A stretch of 64,000 nucleotides of DNA. It comes from Halocafeteria seosinensis. Its lineage: Eukaryota. The translations under genes and the position numbers were made by a program. The stretch is from the NCBI GenBank assembly GCA_001687465.1, contig LVLI01000101.1, positions 1 through 64,000 of the forward strand, written 5' to 3'. The notes under the pieces are model-generated. The model was given only the letters and a program-made list of their open reading frames with translations, ran no database searches and was not told the origin of the DNA. This document shows, one piece after another, positions 54,808 to 64,000 of the stretch; positions within the stretch are counted from its first letter, which is position 1; each line of letters opens with the position of its first letter.

Positions 54808-55247
54808 TTATCATGTTGATTAATATACCCTTTAATGCTTACTCTCTTATACTCTGTTGCATTACTGTTGTGGATACTTCCAGGTTGAAGCCGGTCACTG
54901 CATTTGATTCGATAGCGCGCGCGCACTAAGTTCACAGGGTAGTGTCAGCCTAGCAGTGCTAGCACAGTCAGTGCAATACTCACAGCATGTATTGCTACTA
55001 AATCACACCACTCAGTGATATAGTGATCTAAAAGATAAGGAAATGAAGGTATGCGCATAATAGCAGTTTACAAGTTGTAGATTACAACAACTAAGACCAC
55101 CTTCACACTGGCGCGCCAAAATTGCGACCTCTTTCGGAAGTTTTCTGGACTGCGTTTGCATGGAATGGGATAGTCTCAATATCATATAAGCCAGGCGATA
55201 CTCTATATAGCTGTGTATCTTGTCAATTGGCGTTGTTACACACGAAA

Positions 55248-58028
55248 ATGCCGACATCTTTGCGGACTAAACCCCTGGAGAGCACTGTGAAGGTTCACCA
55301 AGCTGAACGGCGCTCGACAGTGTCGACACGGAACCCATTGGGATGTTGTGACTCGTGGCAGAATTCGAGGCAGACCAGAGGATGGAATCATGAGGGACTC
55401 TGCAATAGTAACAAGAGAAATACCTGCTCCCGTGGGAGGAGAGGGGAGGCTAGTGCTTCAGAAAGTTCCAGACTCAATTCTCACAAGGGCACAGAAGATG
55501 CAAGAACGAGCAGTATCAGTTCTGCAGGGGAGATGCAGTTCTGCGAAGATGAGAATACACGAGAAGAAGCAAAAGCAGTAGGAAACCATACGTTTCATTC
55601 CGGAGTGAAACCCAAGGCTCCAGAGGATAGAAAATCGTTCCTATCGCCTACGCGGGCATCGCAGGCCAGAGTAGAAGCAACATCTAGAGAGCACTTCTCT
55701 CAAAATTACTTCGCACGAATGAAGAAAGACCTCAATGGGAGTCTTGCTGGTGGTCAGAGAAGAGCGTACTCCAGCGGGAACACTGACATGGTTGCAACAA
55801 ACAGCCGTTATTCCAACAATACTCCCCAAAATAGCTCTGATGCTACCACGGCCGGAAAAAACACGGGGAAAACTTTGATGTCCCCGGTGAAACGTGTCGG
55901 TGGTGGTTTTTCGTCTCCTCCACTGGACGAGGCTGCATCTGCTGCTGTTCGCTCTGCGAAGAAACGTCAACAGCACCGGAGTATGGACTCTCGTTCTATA
56001 GGAGCAGAAACTTCTGAAATTTCAACTAGGCACGAAGTTAGGAAACGCAGTTCAAATTGCTCATCATACGTCTCCGAAATACAAGAAAAGCTAGTTCTCA
56101 AGGATACTCAACGGTTGTTTGATGCACCTGGAGAAACGGAGGAGTATAGTGACCGCATTGTAACTGAGAGACGAGACCCAAAGAGAACAGATAGATGCCA
56201 TGAGTACTCCAAGGGTGAACTTCTAAGAAGGGGAAGTATGGGTGACTCCATAGCTGATTCCCAAATGAACGTAGAGATAGATTCAGAAAAGCGAAGACGG
56301 AACTCCGCACACTCTATACTGCTTTCTCCGGAACGCTCCTCAGGCCGTCAGGCTCCTTCCACTACAGATGATAGCACTTCTCATATGGCCGGCACTAGTA
56401 GAGAAGGTATGGGCATGCCTCCCACGTTTGGCAGCTCTGCTGAAAATCGTGAGCAACCAACCACTGAGGCATATGATGGAACAGAATGGGCAGACAATTC
56501 ACCCATGATTGCATCTGAGGGCCCTTCAGATGGCTTTAAGAAGAGGTTGTCGTGTAACCAAATATATACCGGATCGTCACCAAACAATGAGCTCTACGAT
56601 GCCCGCTCTTCTGGTGGGATGTCAAGGGATGAGAACTGCCTGTGCCCCGACGTGAACATCGGGAACATTATGGGAAGAGTATATGAGGTTCGAACGGTGG
56701 AGCCACTGAGACACGAGGCGAAATTGACGAACGAAAACTCTTCCTACATAGGAATGTTAGGCACGGGAACGACCCAGCAGACATCTCGAGATCAGGAGAA
56801 ATTCCCGGACACTTCCACTCCTGTTCCTGATGACCAGTTATCCACAGCTCACAGTGCTCTACAAATAGATCGTAATGAAGATGTGCAGTACGTAGAGACA
56901 TTATTTGCTCCCAACGTTAATTTTAGTGACCCCCCTGCCGACCAGACACAATTGGAGGAGCCAACAAATTCCGTCGTATGCTTTCCAGATCCCTGTCTCC
57001 ACTCTACCCAACCTACCAAAACTTCGTGTTCCTGTGACCTTCGCTGTAAACTACAAAGCGAGACAAATATGCGCGGGAACAGGAAGAACGAACCTGTCGA
57101 GACAAACGCTATTCTTTGTTTTGAGTCATCAGAACCAGAACAAAGCCAGGCAAGTGATTGCCTAACATCGTATTGTGCCCCGCGGATAGAAAGCTCTTTG
57201 AAAGATGTCTCTGCTTGTACTTCGCCCACATGCTTTGCAACGCCAACGGACAACTTCTCTCGAGAGCCGAATACCTCGCGGGATGGTACTCGCACCTATG
57301 GGTCCAACGACGAGCTAGATGCTAGAATTACTGACTTGGCGACCCAGGCAGAAGACGGAGCAACTAGATGGAACGCGAAACGTGGTATCAATCTGACGGA
57401 ATCACACACTAGCGTACCAAAGACGATGCTTGAACAGGCAGTGGCTGCGGGTAAAGAAACCCAGCGTAGTGAACTCCCAGAACGACGGAGTAAGACGGAA
57501 AGCAGAATTCCGTCAAAATCGCATGTTGTCGAAAATGCTGGTGAAATTGAGGAGCATTCCTGTGAGTCAAGATGTCTCCCTCCAGCCAAGGTAGCAAAGC
57601 TCTGGTATTCGCAATGTAATGAGTCGCTGCCGGCCGGCGGCTGGCTTGGGAGCTGTCAGCTGGAGGTATTAGCTGTCTGTTGTAGAATAACAGACGTGTC
57701 GTTCGTTTCTAGTTTCCTGAGTCGTCATGCCCTATATCACGTAGAGACGGTGGTGCAATATCCAGGGAAAGCTTCGGTATTTGCCCATACTAACATACGA
57801 TATTCGTCGCTGAAGCACCTGTACTCGAAGTTATCACGTCGTCACGCTGCACTGACGCAGCCCGGTGCGCCGCAATTCCCTCCTCCGTGCCGACTCCCTA
57901 CTTGGAGGAAGAATGTTCTGAATTCCAGGAAAGAGATGTTCGAAAAAATACTGAACTATATGGTTGTTGTGCATCAGCTATGGAAACAGGAGGAGGAACT
58001 CCAGTGCTTGCTGAGTATTCGGAGCTGA
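55248..58028 (+). CDS. Intronless S/T/E-rich disordered protein with C-terminal PX-like domain
   Basis: About 926-aa ORF. The C-terminus HALYHVETV...IRYSSLKHLYSKL...PQFPP...VLNSRKEMFEKILNYM fits the PX pattern (RY, FPP, R..L..Y). Confidence 0.62.
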   Translation: MPTSLRTKPLESTVKVHQAERRSTVSTRNPLGCCDSWQNSRQTRGWNHEGLCNSNKRNTCSRGRRGEASASESSRLNSHKGTEDARTSSISSAGEMQFCEDENTREEAKAVGNHTFHSGVKPKAPEDRKSFLSPTRASQARVEATSREHFSQNYFARMKKDLNGSLAGGQRRAYSSGNTDMVATNSRYSNNTPQNSSDATTAGKNTGKTLMSPVKRVGGGFSSPPLDEAASAAVRSAKKRQQHRSMDSRSIGAETSEISTRHEVRKRSSNCSSYVSEIQEKLVLKDTQRLFDAPGETEEYSDRIVTERRDPKRTDRCHEYSKGELLRRGSMGDSIADSQMNVEIDSEKRRRNSAHSILLSPERSSGRQAPSTTDDSTSHMAGTSREGMGMPPTFGSSAENREQPTTEAYDGTEWADNSPMIASEGPSDGFKKRLSCNQIYTGSSPNNELYDARSSGGMSRDENCLCPDVNIGNIMGRVYEVRTVEPLRHEAKLTNENSSYIGMLGTGTTQQTSRDQEKFPDTSTPVPDDQLSTAHSALQIDRNEDVQYVETLFAPNVNFSDPPADQTQLEEPTNSVVCFPDPCLHSTQPTKTSCSCDLRCKLQSETNMRGNRKNEPVETNAILCFESSEPEQSQASDCLTSYCAPRIESSLKDVSACTSPTCFATPTDNFSREPNTSRDGTRTYGSNDELDARITDLATQAEDGATRWNAKRGINLTESHTSVPKTMLEQAVAAGKETQRSELPERRSKTESRIPSKSHVVENAGEIEEHSCESRCLPPAKVAKLWYSQCNESLPAGGWLGSCQLEVLAVCCRITDVSFVSSFLSRHALYHVETVVQYPGKASVFAHTNIRYSSLKHLYSKLSRRHAALTQPGAPQFPPPCRLPTWRKNVLNSRKEMFEKILNYMVVVHQLWKQEEELQCLLSIRS

Positions 58029-58851
58029 TGAAGACGGTGAATCCATAGATGCCACGGCGTTGTTATGCATCAAAAGTGGGTATTACACTGTGGGTATGCA
58101 GGGTACCAACTGCTCCTAGGTAATCTGGTCTGTATGCCACGCCAGACTGTGACTTCTGCGCTGAGTGTGCCAAAACGGCCCACTTCTCCACTGACGACTG
58201 GATGCCTATTCACTTATGGCGATTGTGCACTCGAGGCGCACAACAATCGCCTAACCCTGCGTTAGTAACTCCCTCCTTAAACTGCTTAAAGCAAGTTCGT
58301 ATATGGCCCAAGAATATACACAATATTACATACGGTACAACCACTAGCCCGAAGGGGAGAAGAAACGACAAAGGAACCAACCTCTTGTTTTAGAGACGGA
58401 AGAACTCGGACAAACTTGTACCAGTTTTGTACCAGTGCTACTGAACTACCGGTATGACAAATCCCTACATGGATAAGCAAAACAACGGAGGCACTGCAGC
58501 GTCTATATCGTCCCCAGGACCTAGGGAGTCCCCAATATGGGATCCATGGGTCCTATCATGGCACTGGTTGTACGGCAACTTGTACCACAGATTCAGGTGC
58601 ACAGAACACAGAATGATCTGAAGTCTGCAAGAGCAGAAGCTCCTTGGGTTCCTACCAGGTACTAGTAGCTCACTTGCTAAATGATTAGGTTTACCTGTTG
58701 TAACGAGTGACTCTGCATGTTCTTGTCCACACTCGGATATTTCTCAATGTATGATCATGTGTACTTGCAAGCGCTTCTCATGGTGTGAAGGTAAGCTCTA
58801 CTCTACCCCAACCGATTTCCAGAAAAATTGAAGCCCTGCGCGATGGATGAA

Positions 58852-58933
58852 ATCCCTAGGAAGATACATCAGAGTTGCCGCCGATCGCTTCTGAACCTCT
58901 AGTGATGTTTGTTCCTCTGACAACCTGAGGGAT
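58852..58933 (+). ncRNA. Putative box C/D snoRNA, copy 1
   Basis: Terminal stem ATCCC/GGGAT, C-like AGGAAGA, D' CTGA (58891), C' TGATGT and D CTGA (58925). The element CCTCTGACAA before D is complementary to the conserved 18S sequence TTGTCAGAGG. Confidence 0.6.
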
Positions 58934-59011
58934 AGTGCCATATGCCTTCAAGAATTGCTGAAGAACTTGAAGAACACAAGCCGCTAAGTTAAGCGGTCCG
59001 CTAACCTGGCT

Positions 59012-59090
59012 AACCCCGGGAAGAATTATCAGAGTTACCGCCGATCGCTTTCTGAATCCCTTGATGTCCGCCTCTGACAAGCTGAGGGTT
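59012..59090 (+). ncRNA. Putative box C/D snoRNA, copy 2 (paralog of copy 1)
   Basis: Terminal stem AACCC/GGGTT (compensatory change vs copy 1), C-like GGGAAGA, D' CTGA, C' TGATGT and D CTGA (59082). It shares the CCGCCGATCGCTT and CCTCTGACAA elements with copy 1. Confidence 0.6.
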
Positions 59091-59278
59091 GGTTGCTGGT
59101 ATCATAGAAATAAGTGTATAGCCTTTAGCTTCAATTGTATGTACAAATATTTGTTTCAAATTTTGTTTGTGTTGCAGAGTAGTTACAACACACACTATAA
59201 GAAGAGTATATGACAGCTAATTCATAGTGTTTGTTCCTCTAAGATACCAGAATGAACAATCAAAGTGGTGAGACGGTT

Positions 59279-60441
59279 TTACTTCTTCCCGGTCGCTAAA
59301 GCCTTCGCAGTGTTTGCGAACTGCTGGCCGTAACCTCTGCAGAGTTCCAGTTCCGCCTTTGAGGGTGTCCTAGCACCATCTGCTCCTGCAAACGTCCCAG
59401 GCCCTGCGTAGTCAAACAATCATCAACTGAAATGCTAACTCTTCTATTGATACATAGCTACCAAGGGCTGCATACATACCGTAGGGGCTGCCACCGCGGA
59501 CGTCTTCATTGTTGAACATCTCACTGTTCGTGTAACCCATCGGAACGTAGAGCATTCCATGGTGTGTTAGTTGTGTGAGCGTTCTGATCCATCAAAACAA
59601 AGCATAACCGGTAGGAATGTTGGCTCTTGGGCAATCCCGCACGCAACGATACTTACGTCCAGGCTGTGGTCTCCTGGCCACCACCCTGTGTGCCGGTGGA
59701 GAAGAACAGGCCAGCTGGTTTACCATGGAGGGATCCACTGGACATATATCAGCAATTTCGCATTAAAACAAGCAAATTGTTAAACAAAGCTAAGCTCACA
59801 GTGGGGACCTACCTTTGCCACAGGCTACCCGTGGAATCCCAGAATGCCTTTTCCTGAGCCGCCATTGTCCCATACCTAGTAGGCGACTGCAGAAGCAGAA
59901 GCAAGTGTCTTTCTTTGAGATTTAGATCGAATAGCACTAGTGCTACGTACCCCGAAAAGTATGCCGTCGTATGCAGCCACTGTTTCAGCAGCTGCCTCGG
60001 GATACTTGTCGCTTTTCTTAGGTGCATGCATTTTCTCTAGCACTGTTCCACGTCACCATACCGAAGAATTTGAGGGTGTTTGGGTTCATTCTCAATGAAA
60101 GGGATTTCTTACCGTCATCATCTAAGGTCTCCTTAGCACGGAATATTTTCACCTCCACATTCTTGACTTTCTTCAGACCCTCCTCGATAGCTTTTGCTAA
60201 CTGCAAATCCAGGCTTGCTCCAAAGCTGACCCATAACAAACAGATCCTGAACTGAGCACATACCTCCTCAATGTGCCCGTACATCGAGTAGAAGACGATG
60301 GCAATATGCACTTTCCTGCGGGAATGTTACTAAAGTGAAGTGGCCGGATTCCGATAACGGAAACTGGTTGCCCAATGTAACTTACCCGTCTTTTCTTGGT
60401 GCATCACCTGTTTGAGCGCTCTTGGAATTCCCACAGCCCAT
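59279..60441 (-). CDS. wrbA: Flavodoxin-like NAD(P)H:quinone oxidoreductase (WrbA/Pst2 family) with MGCGNS acylation motif; about 8 exons
   Basis: IVFYSMYGH, PTRYGTMAAQ.KAFWDSTG.LW, STGTQGGGQETT, HHGMLYVP and GGSPYG.GT.AG.DG.R.PS. Confidence 0.93.
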
Positions 60442-61254
60442 TTTGTCGTTTTCGAGTAGCACTACCGTAAGACTTCTGTAGTCGGGAGACAGCGATGTTT
60501 CTGGAAACCTGCAGAGTACAGAACACAACTAAGAGGTCCCATAGTGTGCAATATCACACAGGGTGTGCGCACGTTCCACAACCCAATCATCTAAAGTATA
60601 ATCATAGACAAACTGAGGGAGGCGACTTAGGATATCCACAGATACCAGTCTATTCGTTCGAGGATGTCAATGTTCGCTCCAGTGTTCTTCGCACCGTTCA
60701 ATGCGCCATACACCGATGTTATAGCGCTTAAGAACGTGGTTCCCTTGTTATATACACCGCAAAAAGAAATAGATTCACGTTCTCCCTAGAGGAGCAATTA
60801 TAGAGTATTCTCCAGCTTGTTATAACCCAGCGTTTCCGCGACCACAATGCAAAAGCGGTGCCTGTTCGCTTACCTTTCGTATCCAGACCTCTCGTTCAAG
60901 CTAGAACTTTATCAACTCAAATTGAAGTGTGCAGAGAATTCAAGTAGGTAATTTTCCAACACATCCAGTTCCGATATTTACGCAAAAGACTTGGTTAGTC
61001 GATAGTGCTCGGATTCCGGAAACGCGCGTGAGTGGGTGACTCAGGGTGAGTCATGGGGTCTACCTACAGCAACAGCCAACATAGGGATTGGGTACTTGCA
61101 CAACGAGCCACGCCTAAGATATTGAAGATGCATGTTCGTCTCTGAATGGAGCATGCTAGCTGGTCAGCCTGGTCCGCTACATAAGGATGGCTTCAGATAC
61201 AGCGTCCGTTGCTATCAAAGTTGAAGTAGGTCACAGGGAGTGACTGCCTGCAGT

Positions 61255-61305
61255 GCCTGAGGCCCTGAACTACCATCACGATATGGGTAGGTCAGGGCCC
61301 CAGGT
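61255..61305. repeat. GC-rich inverted repeat / hairpin
   Basis: CCTGAGGCCCTGAACTACC (61256-61274) pairs with GGTAGGTCAGGGCCCCAGG (61286-61304) at 17 of 19 positions, with an 11-nt loop. Confidence 0.6.
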
Positions 61306-61822
61306 GGTGCGTCATATGCATATTAGCTCTCCTCGATAAGATGCTCCTAAGACACCTTTTTGAGAAACCTGTAAGCGACGTTCAAATAACCCCACGAGCT
61401 TGTATAAGCCTCTTATTCACTCCAAGAATCACCATGCAAGTTGTGGCCAGCAAACTTCCAGAGGATAAAGTACTACATGTCACATACCAGTATGTGTGTG
61501 TGTGGAAAGAAATGACAACATATCGAAACTCGACACCATCATGAAATATCGATAAAGAAATACGAAACGGTGACAGCCGAGCAATCCTTACATGTCCCAT
61601 TATGCTGTACGTAGCATGGAAATGAATGGGTTAAGATCATCTGGTGCTTCAACTAACATTCCGCAGCTCCTGCTGGGGAAAGACAGACCAAGCTTTTGGA
61701 AGCCCGTGTGTGAAAGTGTGGGGTATTGCACCAATCTCTATGGATTGTACAAGGTAGATAAATCAATATATTTTCCTCTTTTATAGCATTAGTGTGGAGT
61801 GGTAAAGCAGAAAGGGAAGAAA

Positions 61823-63624
<1,802 letters not shown>

Positions 63625-63658
63625 TTCAATGTTGGCAAGTGCTATTCTTGCGAAAGCC

Positions 63659-64000
63659 TCATGATTGTCCAACTACTGAGAACAAAAACTTCGCCTCCAA
63701 GGGTCCAAAGTCTGGCAAGTCGGTACAATGGACCGCGTTCCTGGCACTATCAATGCCGTATTTAGCTCGTATGGAGTCGGGTTCGAGAATCTGGGCAATT
63801 GATGTATCATATGGACCACATAACTCTCGCACTCGTTCCACTATATTATCCCCCCGTATCAGTAATACAACTGATTTTCCTTCCGTTACTGTATCTATCC
63901 ACCGTGGATGCTCTGGTACAACACCCCTGTAGACAAAAGGAACCAGTAGTTTACGTGTGAAACTTACCGCGCTTAGAACCATACTATATCACGCCTTAAG
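63659..64000 (-). CDS. NME7: Nucleoside diphosphate kinase NME7-like, C-terminal part (gene continues beyond window)
   Basis: YRGVVPE...RELCGPYD..IA..L.PDSIRAKYG....NAVHCTDLP..GPLE..FLF matches the second NDK domain of NME7. Confidence 0.8.

Noticed and set aside
58852..59090. The two repeats read as a CRISPR array, tandem glycine riboswitch, or the short ORF 58856-59080
   Set aside because: Only two diverged copies, no cas genes, and no riboswitch consensus. An indel between the copies and the box/stem conservation favour C/D RNAs.
59228..59241. TGTTTGTTCCTCT repeated from snoRNA copy 1
   Set aside because: Short match without the boxes or terminal stem. It cannot be supported as a third copy.
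61270..61285. ATCACGA loop similar to U1 snRNA stem-loop I
   Set aside because: No ATACTTACCTG 5' end or other U1 elements.

Overview
Gene-dense eukaryotic nuclear DNA with short GT-AG introns (mostly about 50-100 nt). It looks like a flagellated heterotrophic protist (centrin, NME7, Sfi1-like protein). A stramenopile-like origin is only an inference. The window holds about 28 protein-coding genes, mostly housekeeping: cap methyltransferase, centrin, GH20 hexosaminidase, DERA, mitochondrial MetRS, ASCC2, WDR61/Ski8, ATP synthase delta, DPM1, NMNAT, AFG1, ELP6, RecQ, SPC22, WrbA, SRP54 and NME7. A decayed 3' end of an RLE-type non-LTR retrotransposon lies at the left edge. No CRISPR array, rRNA, tRNA or prokaryote-style system was found. 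The most notable observations are: (1) a tandem pair of box C/D-like RNAs at 58.85-59.09 kb with covarying terminal stems, an atypical box C and an 18S-complementary element; (2) a very large Sfi1-repeat protein fused to a GAF domain; (3) a truncated, motif-degenerate, mitochondrion-targeted acyl-CoA-synthetase-like protein head-to-head with ATP synthase delta; (4) a cap methyltransferase carrying both a WW domain and a PPLP motif; (5) a DERA with a mitochondrial-type presequence; and (6) an intronless 794-aa methyltransferase. Exon boundaries were read by eye and are approximate. All family assignments come from motif recognition, not database searches.
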